DNA of 64,000 bases from a plasmid. The notes beneath the pieces were generated by a model. The model was not told the origin of the DNA and searched no databases. It saw only the letters and a list, made by a program, of their open reading frames with translations. The position numbers and the translations under genes were made by a program. Below are positions 42,063 to 53,969 of the stretch, in pieces. Location: the sequence record NZ_CP029448.1. One strand, given 5' to 3'. How positions within the stretch are numbered: the first letter of the stretch is position 1; every line of letters begins with the position of its first letter.

Positions 42063-43216
42063 TGGAGATAAATATGTCAGTAATGGATGGATGTTCCGTT
42101 TATCAAAAGACATTATCTTGTGGGCGGATTGAGGTAAGCAGCCAGGTGACCGATTATCCTCTTACTGATCTCTTTGATATCGCCGAACGGCGGAATCCTA
42201 AACGCGCATTTCTGTTTGTCAGTAAAGTGCTGGGTCGCCATATTCCTGTCTCGCCTCAGGTCATGCGCAATGTTTACACACAGCTGGCGGAGCAGTTCCT
42301 TGGGACACTGGACGGGCCTGTGGTCTTTATCGGGATGGCCGAGACGGCTGTCGGCCTTGGGGCGGGAGTGTTTGATGAGGTGCGTAAGCATCACCCTGAT
42401 TGTGTCTATCTGACATCAACACGCCATCCGGTCGATGGCGAACTGCTGTGCGAGTTTAAAGAAGAGCACAGTCATGCCACTGACCACCTGATCTACTGTC
42501 CCTCCACACCGGATATGCGGCGCACAGTGGCAGAAGCTCAGACGCTGGTGCTGGTGGATGATGAAGCCACGACGGGAAAAACGTTTCTCAATCTTCTGGC
42601 CTCATTACGTGCATCGGGTGCACTCCGGCAGGTACGACGGGTTATTGCTGTCACGCTGACTGACTGGAGCGGAGAGGCCCTCAGTCAGAACAGCCCCCTG
42701 CCTGTTCACGCTGTATCGCTCATCTCAGGCAACTGGCGCTGGACACCCGAACCGGATGCCCCGCTGCCCGTCATGCCCCCGGTTAATGTGACCTCCAGGG
42801 GGAACATCCCGATCACCGGCAAACAATCCTGGGGGCGACTCGGGATGCAGATACCGGCCAGTGACCTGGGCCTTAAGGTGAAGGTTTCGCACGGGGAAAA
42901 CATTCTGGTGCTGGGCACCGGCGAATTCGTCTGGGAACCGTTCCTGCTGGCTGAACGTTTGGGATCGGCGGGCGCTCAGGTCCTTTACAGTTCCACCACC
43001 CGATCACCGATTTCAACCGGCTTTGCAATCCAGTCCGCCATTGCTTTCAGCGATAATTACGGCCTGGGTATCCCGAATTTTGTCTATAACGTCGCCCACC
43101 AGCGGTTTGACCGCATCCTGCTTTGCACAGAAACTCCGGCGTCGAGCGTGGACCCCCGCCTGCTTGAGGCGCTTTCCGCCGTCGCTCCTGCCGTAGAGGT
43201 GATTACCTATGAATAA
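42062..43216 (+). CDS. phosphoribosyltransferase (PRTase) domain protein
   Basis: 'VLVDDEATTGKT' PRPP-binding loop. Confidence 0.75.
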   Translation: MEINMSVMDGCSVYQKTLSCGRIEVSSQVTDYPLTDLFDIAERRNPKRAFLFVSKVLGRHIPVSPQVMRNVYTQLAEQFLGTLDGPVVFIGMAETAVGLGAGVFDEVRKHHPDCVYLTSTRHPVDGELLCEFKEEHSHATDHLIYCPSTPDMRRTVAEAQTLVLVDDEATTGKTFLNLLASLRASGALRQVRRVIAVTLTDWSGEALSQNSPLPVHAVSLISGNWRWTPEPDAPLPVMPPVNVTSRGNIPITGKQSWGRLGMQIPASDLGLKVKVSHGENILVLGTGEFVWEPFLLAERLGSAGAQVLYSSTTRSPISTGFAIQSAIAFSDNYGLGIPNFVYNVAHQRFDRILLCTETPASSVDPRLLEALSAVAPAVEVITYE

Positions 43217-43982
43217 GCCCGTCGTATTCAGCGACCTCGATGACACCCTGTTCCAGACCCGCCGAAAAATGGTGGATGAACTTGCCCTTGAACCCTTCCG
43301 GACCGGCGCACTGGATCGCAGTCTCACACCTCGCAGCTTTATGACCGAAGAGCAGGCCATGCTGGTGGACTGGTTGCTGGAGCATGCGGATCTCATTCCG
43401 GTGACGGCCAGAGGAACGGAAGAAATCAGCCGGGTGCAGATCCCCTTCCGTTCCTGGGCCGTAACCACTCATGGTGCGGTGATCCTTCGTCCTGATGGTA
43501 CGCCAGACCGCGACTGGAAAGCCCATATGCTGGAGAGCCTGTCCTCCTACGCCGACCGCTTAACGTCAATGCAACATATCATTACCGAACTCATGGAAGC
43601 ACGGGGCATCAATGCCTGGGCACGGCTCAACTACGAATATGATGGTACGCCGGTGTATCTGGTCATGAAGCACTGCGACAGCACGAAGCTTGATGAACTG
43701 AACGCTATCGGGGATGAGATCGAGCGCGTCTTTTCGACCGAAGGGTTTTACATCCACCGCAACAGCAACAACATTGCCTGGTTACCCTGCCCGGTAGAAA
43801 AAGGACTGGCCGTTTCCTGGTTGCTGGAAAAACTCCGTCAGGAGCGCGGGGTTTTCCCGGTGATAGGGCTGGGTGACAGCCTGAGTGACCATCGGTTCAT
43901 GAAACTGTGCAGCTGGTTTGGTCTCCCACGCCAGAGCCAGTTTGCTGAGGCTATTTCACAGCATATTTTTGGAGAGCAATAA
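43209..43982 (+). CDS. HAD-superfamily hydrolase
   Basis: 'VFSDLDDTLF' motif I, 'GLGDSLSD' motif IV. Confidence 0.7.
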   Translation: MNKPVVFSDLDDTLFQTRRKMVDELALEPFRTGALDRSLTPRSFMTEEQAMLVDWLLEHADLIPVTARGTEEISRVQIPFRSWAVTTHGAVILRPDGTPDRDWKAHMLESLSSYADRLTSMQHIITELMEARGINAWARLNYEYDGTPVYLVMKHCDSTKLDELNAIGDEIERVFSTEGFYIHRNSNNIAWLPCPVEKGLAVSWLLEKLRQERGVFPVIGLGDSLSDHRFMKLCSWFGLPRQSQFAEAISQHIFGEQ

Positions 43983-43983
43983 C

Positions 43984-45063
43984 ATGTCTCACATCACTTC
44001 GTTTTCTGGTTCGTATCAACCGGACGATGTTCAGTTTTTGCTGAAACCCATTGCTATGGAGATGACGCCGGTTGACCTGAAGGAAGAACTGATTCAGTCA
44101 GGGAAAATGCATTACTCCGACATGCTGAGTCAGGAGCCTGAGCCAACCCGCTGGCATCTGGATCTTTTCACCCGTGCGCTGGACGCGGGGGCAGCACGGC
44201 TGGCGCGGGAGGTCTCTCAGCTTAGCCGTGAACTGGCCTTACGCGCCGGTGATGACCCCGTGGTTCTGGTCAGTCTGGTCAGAGCCGGTGTCCCTCTTGG
44301 TGTGATGCTCCATCAGGCGCTACGGGCAATGGGAAAACGGTCTTACCATTACGGTATCAGCATTATCCGCGATCGGGGTATTGACGCTGCGGCGCTTGAC
44401 TACATCGAATCACGTCATGGCACAAAGGGCATTGTGTTTGTCGACGGCTGGACGGGAAAAGGAGCCATTACCGGCGAATTGTCACGCACGCTGAAGGACC
44501 GCCCCGGCTACCCGGTACAACCTCGTCTGGTTGTGCTGGCAGATCCCTGCGGATGTGCCTGGCTTGCCGCCAGTGACGATGACTGGTTGATCCCATTCGG
44601 TATCATGGGTGCTCCTGTATCAGGTCTGATTTCGCGCTCTGTCTGGACTGAAGAAGGCCTGCATGGCTGCGTGGTCTGCGATCACCTTCAGTCTTTTGAA
44701 TGTAGCCAGATGCTAGTGAATACGGTAGCGCATTTCCGCGAACAACTTGACGGTCGAGACCTTCCCGCTTCAGGTTGGGACGCCGGGCACAATGCCGCAC
44801 GCTGGCAGCTGAGCCGGGACGTCATCGGAGGGTTGGCCGAACGTTATGAGGTGGACAGCATTAACCGGATTAAACCGGGCATTGCTGAAGCGACACGGGC
44901 AGTTCTGCGCCGTGTGCCCGATCATGTGTTTGTCCGGCAGATGGATGACCCGGATGTCGCTCTTCTGGTCGGTCTGGCAAAAGAGAAAGGTATCGCGGTG
45001 ACGGAAGCCGGGGACGCTCTCGGCCAGTATCGTGCAGTTACCATCATCAAAAAGGTACGCTGA
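43984..45063 (+). CDS. ter-associated StiP-like (cysteine protease / TRSP-like) protein
   Basis: about 360 aa protein in the conserved position between the HAD and HpcH genes; ORF 43918.. with start at 43984. Confidence 0.5.
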   Translation: MSHITSFSGSYQPDDVQFLLKPIAMEMTPVDLKEELIQSGKMHYSDMLSQEPEPTRWHLDLFTRALDAGAARLAREVSQLSRELALRAGDDPVVLVSLVRAGVPLGVMLHQALRAMGKRSYHYGISIIRDRGIDAAALDYIESRHGTKGIVFVDGWTGKGAITGELSRTLKDRPGYPVQPRLVVLADPCGCAWLAASDDDWLIPFGIMGAPVSGLISRSVWTEEGLHGCVVCDHLQSFECSQMLVNTVAHFREQLDGRDLPASGWDAGHNAARWQLSRDVIGGLAERYEVDSINRIKPGIAEATRAVLRRVPDHVFVRQMDDPDVALLVGLAKEKGIAVTEAGDALGQYRAVTIIKKVR

Positions 45064-46019
45064 TGAAAAAACAATTCACTCCCTGGGATCTCGGTGCAAC
45101 GCTGTATATGCCAGCAACCCGTATGGATCTTGCCGAAGTTGTGCTGGAAGGGAAAATACCCGGTCTGCGGTCTCTGGTGGTCTGTCTGGAAGATGCGGTC
45201 AGTGAGCATGATGTTCCCTTTGCTCTTCAGAATCTCTCACTGTTTTTGCAAAGGCTGAATGACGCGAAATTCCAACATGGAGACGACGAGTGGCCGCTGG
45301 TTTTTATTCGCCCCCGTCATCCGGACATGGGGCGATGGCTGACTGAAAACATGGAGCTGAGTGCAGTTGATGGGTTTGTGCTACCGAAATTCACCCGTTC
45401 CACGTTGCCGGTATGGTGGGACATCATGGCCGGTACCCGGTTGAGCATGATGCCGACGCTTGAAACAGAAGAGGTCTATGACGTTCTGAAAATGCAGGCG
45501 CTGGCTTCTGAACTGTCGGACCATGACTGCCGGGAACGTATTATTGCGCTGCGCATCGGGGGGAACGACCTGATGAACGTGGTCTCTCTGCGACGGCCAC
45601 GGGATCTGACTCTCTACGACACGCCAATGGGCTATGTCATTAAAATGCTGGTTTCGGTTTTTGCACCCCGTGATTTTGCGCTGACTGCTCCGGTATGCGA
45701 ACACATTGATGACCATGGCGTCATGGAGCGCGAGCTGGCGATGGATATCGCTCACGGGCTGGTGGGAAAAACCGCGATCCATCCGGAGCAGATCAGTGTG
45801 ATTGAGGGGGCACTGAAGGTCTCGCCTGGCGAGCATTCAGATGCGCTGCGTATTCTGAACTCCACACAGGCAGTCTTTAAATCTCAGGGGGCGATGTGCG
45901 AACCGGCGACCCACCGGCGGTGGGCTCAGGGGATCCTGGCCCGGGGCCAGGTTTACGGACTGACGACAGGACAGAAAACGGACGGGATGAGGCTGATCCC
46001 GTTCTCTCAGCAGCAATAA
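45063..46019 (+). CDS. HpcH/HpaI aldolase / citrate-lyase beta-like protein
   Basis: 318 aa; CitE-like 'LRIGGNDL' region. Confidence 0.7.
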   Translation: MKKQFTPWDLGATLYMPATRMDLAEVVLEGKIPGLRSLVVCLEDAVSEHDVPFALQNLSLFLQRLNDAKFQHGDDEWPLVFIRPRHPDMGRWLTENMELSAVDGFVLPKFTRSTLPVWWDIMAGTRLSMMPTLETEEVYDVLKMQALASELSDHDCRERIIALRIGGNDLMNVVSLRRPRDLTLYDTPMGYVIKMLVSVFAPRDFALTAPVCEHIDDHGVMERELAMDIAHGLVGKTAIHPEQISVIEGALKVSPGEHSDALRILNSTQAVFKSQGAMCEPATHRRWAQGILARGQVYGLTTGQKTDGMRLIPFSQQQ

Positions 46020-46029
46020 GGGGCAGAGC

Positions 46030-47253
46030 ATGGGATTCAGATTCAGGAAGTCGATAAGCATTATTCCCGGCGTCAGGATAAACCTGAGCAATGGAGCCCC
46101 CAGCCTGAGTGTTGGACCCCGGGGGGCGTCACTGTCTTTTGGGAAGCGCGGGACCTATGCCAATCTGGGGTTGCCGGGCACTGGACTGAGTTATCGGACC
46201 CGTATTGACCGGATAGTACGGGAGCGACAGAACAACAGAGCTCAGGCTAATCCGGGACTGAGGGAAGAGCTGGAGCAGGAAGTGGAAAGTCTGATGTCCG
46301 CTATAACGGCCATTTCCAGTATTCATGAGCTTTCCCCTTCACCTGTGGGAGGGAACACATGGGCATCGCTCGAATCACATTATCTTGAGCTCCACCAGAG
46401 GACGTTCGACCGGCCCGCGCCTGTTCGTCCTGCCAAACCTGAATACAGTCCTCTCCCGTCCGCACCAGACGAACGTAGCGGTCGTGGTTTTCTGGGGGGA
46501 TGGTTCGAAACCGATGCGGCTCGCACCGAACGACAGAATGAGAACCAGCGACAGTGGCAACAGCAAGTAGCGGACGTTGAACGCGAAAACACACTGCTTA
46601 AACAACGGTATGAGAAACAACGTGTCGCCTGGGCTGAACAGTATGCAAACTGGCAGTATGAAGCTCAGGAACATGAAAAAAACTCTTCTCTCACTGCTGA
46701 CGTTGCACGCGAGCAGTTCCGATCGGATGCCCGTTACTTTGAAGATTGCCTGGCAGAGGTGCTCTCACAAACGGAATGGCCGCGTGAAACGCTTGTGACT
46801 TTTGAAGTCAGGCCTGACGAATCAATGGTCTGGCTTGATGTTGATTTACCTGAGATTGAGGATATGCCTGATAAGGTATATGTCGTCAATGCAAAGGGAA
46901 CGGATATCACTGAAAAAACGATGACACAGAAAGCGGTCCGGGAGAGTTATGCAAGACACGTCCACGGTTGCCTGATGCGATTAGCTGCCATCGTATTTCA
47001 GACGCTTCCGTTTGAACACGCCGTGCTTTCCGGCTTTACTCAGCGGATCAGCAAACAAACGGGTTACCTTGAAGATGAGTACATTCTTTCCTGCAGGATA
47101 GACCGCCATCATATGGAAAAAATAAACTACACGAACCTTAAAGATGTGGACCCTATCACGGTGCTGAGTGTTCAGGCGTTGGTCCGAAAAATGAGCGCAA
47201 CTTTCCTGTTTCAGGCTATTGACCCTATTATGATAACTGCAGGCACCAGCTGA
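46030..47253 (+). CDS. DUF4236-domain protein
   Basis: N-terminal 'GFRFRKSISIIPGVRINLS' DUF4236 signature, coiled-coil middle. Confidence 0.55.
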   Translation: MGFRFRKSISIIPGVRINLSNGAPSLSVGPRGASLSFGKRGTYANLGLPGTGLSYRTRIDRIVRERQNNRAQANPGLREELEQEVESLMSAITAISSIHELSPSPVGGNTWASLESHYLELHQRTFDRPAPVRPAKPEYSPLPSAPDERSGRGFLGGWFETDAARTERQNENQRQWQQQVADVERENTLLKQRYEKQRVAWAEQYANWQYEAQEHEKNSSLTADVAREQFRSDARYFEDCLAEVLSQTEWPRETLVTFEVRPDESMVWLDVDLPEIEDMPDKVYVVNAKGTDITEKTMTQKAVRESYARHVHGCLMRLAAIVFQTLPFEHAVLSGFTQRISKQTGYLEDEYILSCRIDRHHMEKINYTNLKDVDPITVLSVQALVRKMSATFLFQAIDPIMITAGTS

Positions 47254-47255
47254 CT

Positions 47256-47729
47256 ATGCAACTAAATACCCGACAGGAACGAATTTATACTCTGGCGAGC
47301 TTACTGGGTACGGGAAAACCCGTTTCTGCGGCAAAAATCATCAGCATTCTTGACTGTTCTGAACCTACCCTCAGTCGTGCGCTGAAGGAGCTTCGGGAGT
47401 CCTATGCAGCTGAAATAAAATACAGTAAAGCCGGTCATTCCTATCAGTTAGTTAGTCCCGGGCAGCTCGATAAAAAAACTTTGCGCCGAATGAATGAAGC
47501 ACTCACTCAAAACGCTGAACAGAAAGCGCAGGATATTTCGACGAAAGTGGTGCTGGATAAAGATCTGAAGACGGCAGTCTCTTTATCAATCCGACGCCGG
47601 GTACTCCGGAAAATAGACAAACTGGCCGAACTTACCGGCACGTCCCGAAGTGAGGCGGTAGAGACTCTCGCTGAAATGAAGGTCGAGGACTTTATTAAGG
47701 TAGTTCAGTTGAAAAACAAGCCGGAATAA
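47256..47729 (+). CDS. terW: TerW HTH transcriptional regulator
   Basis: 157 aa wHTH protein immediately after the biosynthetic module, as in ter islands. Confidence 0.75.
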   Translation: MQLNTRQERIYTLASLLGTGKPVSAAKIISILDCSEPTLSRALKELRESYAAEIKYSKAGHSYQLVSPGQLDKKTLRRMNEALTQNAEQKAQDISTKVVLDKDLKTAVSLSIRRRVLRKIDKLAELTGTSRSEAVETLAEMKVEDFIKVVQLKNKPE

Positions 47730-47740
47730 CAGCATTCCAG

Positions 47741-47767
47741 GGGTACCGACAGAAAGGGCCCCTTTTT
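47741..47767 (+). terminator. putative terminator after terW
   Basis: aaaggggcccctttttac palindrome with T-run. Confidence 0.4.
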
Positions 47768-47886
47768 ACTTGTAGGTAAAGTCGCCCACACGTGCCTTAC
47801 AGTCAGAGATATTCTCCTTCCGTATTTCCCATTTTGCCGTTGGACAAAAGAACGATGGCCGATCACCTATACTGTTTCTACAGGTT

Positions 47887-48468
47887 TTACCTAGCGGAGC
47901 AACTTCCGTAAATCACATTCCGGTGTAGGTAGATGTCTGCTACGGATTTTCCACCCAATTTCTTCAGCACGCGATTTATATGGTCCTGAGAAGACCGCTT
48001 TGTGATTGACAATACAGTGGCTATGTCTTCATCTGAACGACCACAAAGAACCAGACGCGCTACCGTAAATTCCCTGTCAGTCAGCCGTACAGTATTTGCT
48101 GCAGGCAGATTTGCACTGCCAGATATAGTTTTCAACACGGTATAGGTAAAAATATTTAACCGTGTCGTGATGTCGATAAACTGTGTGTCATCATTTCTGA
48201 CACTCTCTATCGCATGTTGCAGTAAAAAGCAGAAACGCGCACCTGAACGGTAGAGTTTACTCAGAAATTGGACGTTTTCCTCATGGAGAGGACGTTCAAT
48301 GAAGTAAATATTATCCTTGCATATCACATGGTTGGAGAGGTGGTTCACCGATAGTCGCGAAGCAGCTATCTCATGCTTGCAAAGAAGTAACTCAATTCCT
48401 ACGTACAGAAACTGGTTGTCCGTAATGACGTAAATCATCCTGTCTATCGCTCCAGGTATCCTACCCAC
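47887..48468 (-). CDS. LuxR-family (C-terminal HTH) transcriptional regulator
   Basis: 'LTDREFTVARLVLCGRSDEDIATVLSITKRS' GerE/LuxR HTH. Confidence 0.7.
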   Translation of the reverse strand: MGRIPGAIDRMIYVITDNQFLYVGIELLLCKHEIAASRLSVNHLSNHVICKDNIYFIERPLHEENVQFLSKLYRSGARFCFLLQHAIESVRNDDTQFIDITTRLNIFTYTVLKTISGSANLPAANTVRLTDREFTVARLVLCGRSDEDIATVLSITKRSSQDHINRVLKKLGGKSVADIYLHRNVIYGSCSAR

Positions 48469-48559
48469 TGCGTCTCTGAATGCTTTTCTGACCTGCTCCC
48501 CGTTGATTAGTACACCCCGATGTTAGTAATGTCTTCATAAGCCACATGAGGACATCCCC

Positions 48560-48823
48560 ATGAAGAAGCGTTTTTCCGACGAACAGATCATCAGTATTCT
48601 CCGCGAAGCCGAAGCTGGGGTACCCGCCCGTGAACTCTGCCGCAAGCATGCCATTTCCGATGCCACGTTTTACACCTGGCGTAAGAAGTATGGCGGTATG
48701 GAGGTGCCTGAAGTTAAGCGCCTGAAGTCGCTTGAGGAAGAGAACACCAGACTCAAGAAGCTGCTTGCCGAAGCCATGCTGGATAAAGAGGCGCTTCAGG
48801 TGGCTCTTGGGCGAAAGTACTGA
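48560..48823 (+). CDS. IS3/IS407-group transposase OrfA
   Basis: '[16 protein letters not shown]...[10 protein letters not shown]'. Confidence 0.8.
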   Translation: MKKRFSDEQIISILREAEAGVPARELCRKHAISDATFYTWRKKYGGMEVPEVKRLKSLEEENTRLKKLLAEAMLDKEALQVALGRKY

Positions 48824-48846
48824 CGACAGACCAGAAGCGGGAAGCC

Positions 48847-49680
48847 GTGATGTTGATGTGTGATGCGACCGGTCTGTCGCAACGTCGTGCCTGCAGGCTT
48901 ACAGGTTTATCCCTGTCGACCTGCCGCTATGAGGCTCACCGTCCGGCTGCTGATGCGCATTTATCAGGGCGCATCACTGAGCTGGCACTGGAGCGCAGGC
49001 GTTTTGGCTACCGTCGTATTTGGCAGTTGCTGCGCCGTGAAGGGCTTCATGTTAATCATAAGCGCGTGTACCGGCTTTATCACCTCAGTGGCCTGGGCGT
49101 AAAACGCAGAAGACGTCGTAAAGGGCTGGCAACAGAACGTCTGCCGCTGCTCCGTCCGGCGGCGCCCAATCTGACCTGGTCGATGGATTTCGTCATGGAC
49201 GCACTTTCCACCGGTCGCAGGATCAAGTGTCTTACCTGCGTCGATGATTTCACAAAGGAATGCCTGACGGTCACTGTTGCCTTTGGGATTTCAGGCGTTC
49301 AGGTCACGCGTATTCTGGACAGCATTGCACTGTTTCGAGGCTATCCGGCGACGATAAGAACTGACCAGGGGCCGGAGTTCACTTGCCGTGCACTGGATCA
49401 ATGGGCCTTTGAGCATGGTGTTGAGTTGCGCTTAATCCAGCCGGGCAAGCCAACGCAGAACGGATTTATTGAGAGCTTTAACGGACGATTTCGCGATGAA
49501 TGTTTGAATGAGCACTGGTTCAGCGATATCGTTCATGCCAGGAAAATTATTAATGACTGGCGGCAGGATTATAACGAATGCCGCCCGCACTCCACGCTGA
49601 ATTATCAGACACCGTCTGAATTTGCAGCGGGCTGGAGAAAGGGTCATTCTGAGAATGAAGATTCCGACGTTACTAACTGA
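48847..49680 (+). CDS. IS3/IS407-group transposase OrfB (DDE)
   Basis: rve core '[10 protein letters not shown]...TDQGPEFT'. Confidence 0.8.
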   Translation: MMLMCDATGLSQRRACRLTGLSLSTCRYEAHRPAADAHLSGRITELALERRRFGYRRIWQLLRREGLHVNHKRVYRLYHLSGLGVKRRRRRKGLATERLPLLRPAAPNLTWSMDFVMDALSTGRRIKCLTCVDDFTKECLTVTVAFGISGVQVTRILDSIALFRGYPATIRTDQGPEFTCRALDQWAFEHGVELRLIQPGKPTQNGFIESFNGRFRDECLNEHWFSDIVHARKIINDWRQDYNECRPHSTLNYQTPSEFAAGWRKGHSENEDSDVTN

Positions 49681-49907
49681 GTGTTGTATCTAATCGTGGG
49701 GGCAGGTCAGTGGTAACTGTCAATTTTTTCATATTCTGTTAAGAATAAATTAATGTTTAAAAATTATGATAAATGAATGTCATCACAAACATGGCACGTC
49801 CTTTACAGGAATAAATCTCACCAATTATTATATTTTCGCCACAGAACCTGTCCGGGAAGGATAGTCTGTTTAGTATTAACTGTTGATGCTGTTATAAGGA
49901 GTTTCTG

Positions 49908-50861
49908 ATGCAGGTAAACAAATTTACGGATGATATTGATATTAGTTCTCATGAGCGTTTCATCGCGGCCCGTAAAAGTACGTGGGTTAGTGTGCTTGTT
50001 AATTGTTTTCTGACATCCGGGCAGGTGATTACTGGTATATTTTCTGGATCTCAGGGACTTATCGCGGATGGTATTCATTCCCTGTCTGATTTAGTCTCAG
50101 ACTTTGTTGTACTCATTGCAAACCATAAAAGTAAAAAAAATCCCGATGATGACCATCACTACGGTCATCATCGTTATGAAAATGGTGCATCATTAATTCT
50201 GGGGACAATTTTATTTATTGTTGGCATCGGCATGTTATGGTCAGCAGTAAATAAAATGAAACAACCAGATGATATTCCTCAGGTACATATTGTTGCTCTG
50301 TGGGTGGCTTTAGCCGCACTGGTTATCAAAGAGCTTCTTTTTCGCTATATGCTTGCCGTAGCAACCCGAGTAAAATCCACTATGCTGGTCGCTAATGCCT
50401 GGCATGCACGCTCTGATGCCGCTTCGTCTTTGGTTGTGGCTATTGGTATTATTGGGAACTTATCAGGTTTTAAATTACTCGACCCAGTTGCTGCAATGGT
50501 TGTCGGACTGATTGTAACCAGAATGGGATATTCATTTATGTCAGATTCGCTTCATGACTTGATGGACAGATCCGTGGATATTGAAACTGAAAATAAAATA
50601 AAAACCACATTATTGTCAACGCCTGGAGTTGAAGGTATCCATGATCTCAAAACCCGTAAAATGGGAGATCTTGTTGTTGTTGATGTTCATCTGGAAATTA
50701 ATGGTAATTTATCAGTGAAAGTAGGGCATGACATTGCTGTTTTAGCCAGGAAATCAGTTTTAGATAATCATCATGTATTAAATGTCATGACGCATGTTGA
50801 CCCTTTTTTTAAGGAGGTAAGTGGCCTTGATTATGGAAGTGTAAATAATCATAAACAATAA
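49908..50861 (+). CDS. cation diffusion facilitator (CDF) family metal efflux transporter
   Basis: 317 aa, 6 TM segments, 'HSLSDL' and C-terminal cytoplasmic domain. Confidence 0.8.
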   Translation: MQVNKFTDDIDISSHERFIAARKSTWVSVLVNCFLTSGQVITGIFSGSQGLIADGIHSLSDLVSDFVVLIANHKSKKNPDDDHHYGHHRYENGASLILGTILFIVGIGMLWSAVNKMKQPDDIPQVHIVALWVALAALVIKELLFRYMLAVATRVKSTMLVANAWHARSDAASSLVVAIGIIGNLSGFKLLDPVAAMVVGLIVTRMGYSFMSDSLHDLMDRSVDIETENKIKTTLLSTPGVEGIHDLKTRKMGDLVVVDVHLEINGNLSVKVGHDIAVLARKSVLDNHHVLNVMTHVDPFFKEVSGLDYGSVNNHKQ

Positions 50862-50960
50862 TTTTAATGCTGATTTTCTTCGGGGAAATTGGCAAATAAT
50901 TATTTTCTTTGCTCAATGTTACGTCTTCGGATTGTGATTTTTTTAAATGATAGTAAACAA

Positions 50961-51347
50961 TGTGGGGTTATTATGAGAAAAATTATGCATAGTGTTATAA
51001 TAGGAACAGCCCTTGTTTTATCTACCAGTGTAATAGCTGGTTCTGACGGTGTTGAACATGCCATGAAGATGATGAATAAAAGCTACCGCGCAGCACTTAA
51101 GGAGGAGGACGTTACATCTTTCAGGAAAGATATGCAGGATCTGAAATCAACAGCAGAGTCCATCTTGAACGGCCCGGTAGAGGGGTATGACAGGGAAACG
51201 TATGTTGCAGGTATGTCACTTCTGATTGATGAGGTAACTGCTGTTGAAAGTACCGCTGAAAAGGAAGGTCTTGACGCTGGGAAAATTGCAGCACAGAAAC
51301 TGGGCAGTATGATGAGAAAATACCATAATAAACTTGGCGTTGACTGA
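50961..51347 (+). CDS. cytochrome b562-like periplasmic four-helix-bundle protein
   Basis: signal peptide and b562-like length/pattern with C-terminal 'RKYHNKLG'; ORF 50889.. with start at 50961. Confidence 0.5.
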   Translation, partial: CGVIMRKIMHSVIIGTALVLSTSVIAGSDGVEHAMKMMNKSYRAALKEEDVTSFRKDMQDLKSTAESILNGPVEGYDRETYVAGMSLLIDEVTAVESTAEKEGLDAGKIAAQKLGSMMRKYHNKLGVD

Positions 51348-51784
51348 ACCGGGAACTATCAGGAGAAAGTAGATATGCTGGAAAGATATCCCGGAACTGA
51401 CATGATATAGCTGCTTGTATTAGAATGGATAGTTATGCCCTGGTGAAGAAATTATAATACGTTATCTTATCTGCTCAGTACATATAAAAATGTTGGGGTC
51501 GCAAACATGCTTACCGATGCTACATTGCCTCAACATAAGCTAAGTCCTATTGATGTTGCACGGGGCGGATATACCCGCTTCGTGCTTCACTGAAACATAC
51601 TGATGATCTCTTGGCTGGAAAAACACTTCTTCATGGTAATCTCTTCATATTACTGATGTGATGTACTATAGGTTTAGATACCATTCTCTGATTAAAGAGT
51701 ATTGTTTAGTTCCGATAAGTTAAGGTTTCGTTAATAAAAAGGCATGTTGATTTGGTCAACCACCCCTAACAAAGTGGCTAAATT

Positions 51785-52061
51785 ATGAATGAAAATTTAC
51801 GTAATGCTCTCCCTCACAAAGACACACCATTTCTACGTGTGCTTCATATCATCTTAGCTGTATTGATTTTATTGCAGATTGTTAGTTCAAATCTTACCGA
51901 AAGCGATGCTCTCAGTGACTATACTCTCACAGGGTTCGTTACATGGTTCCATGTTATCACTGGATTATCACTGATTGTTCTTGGGTTAATCATGCTTGCA
52001 TGGATGCTAACACAACGAGGATTTCATTACTATTTTGCTTGGCTGACTCTTGATTTTCGAG
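51785..52061 (+). pseudogene. cytochrome b561-family protein, 3'-truncated by IS5
   Basis: N-terminal TM helices of b561 type; reading frame runs straight into the IS5 inverted repeat at 52062. Confidence 0.5.
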
Positions 52062-53256
<1,195 letters not shown>

Positions 53257-53462
53257 CCTAGCGCTCTGAGCGAACTGGCAAAACAGTTTTGGGAAAAACG
53301 AGGATAACGCTTTTCAGTATCTCGACAGGGATAACTTACTTTACCATCGGTATCCCTTTTAGCCGCACAAATTTTAGCCATGGCTTTTCAGGAAGTCAGG
53401 GCTATCAGAATGGCCTTAGAAAGCCTAGTCAAAGAGCTGTCACGAGAACACCGTTAGCTTAG

Positions 53463-53969
53463 CGTACGATTTTTTCCGAATTCTGCGGTTCCCCCTACTG
53501 GGTCAATGGCCCTCGCGCGGTCGATCAGGCTGGCTGGAAGAAAATTATCGGGGACAAACCGACCCTGATCATGCTCGATGAGTTGCCGCCCTACCTTGAA
53601 AACGCGAGCACTACTGTCATCGGCGGCGGTACGCTGGCTACCGTGAGCACCTACACACTCAGCTGCCTGATGAGCGCCGCTCTGGAGTTACCGCGTTGCT
53701 GCATTGTGATTGCCAACCTATCCGGCAGCTATGTGGCTCAGACCAAGGCAATTGCCGAAGCAATCTCTAACCTCCAGCAAGAAGCCAGTCGCCAAGCGAG
53801 CACCATCACCCCCGTGCAGTTGGCGGGTACCTGTTCATCCCTAGCGCCTCTCCGCCTTGATGCTGGCAGATTCAGTCTGGCCTCGCGGTTCGACCTACCG
53901 AAATATCGGCGGTTACATTGTCCCCAGAGCTTCAGACCCGGCTGTTACCGGCCACGCCTGTCTGGGTAG
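53463..53969 (+). pseudogene. remnant of a P-loop NTPase gene (no start codon until 53571)
   Basis: open frame '...KIIGDKPTLIMLDELPPYLEN...' Walker-B-like 'LIMLDE'; lacks N-terminus. Confidence 0.25.

Larger units (their letters stand above)
48479..49709 (+). mobile_element. IS3-family (IS407-group, ISEhe3-like) insertion sequence, about 1231 bp
   Basis: terminal inverted repeats TGACCTGCTCCCC (48479..) and TGACCTGCCCCCA (reverse complement at 49697-49709); orfA/orfB. Confidence 0.75.
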
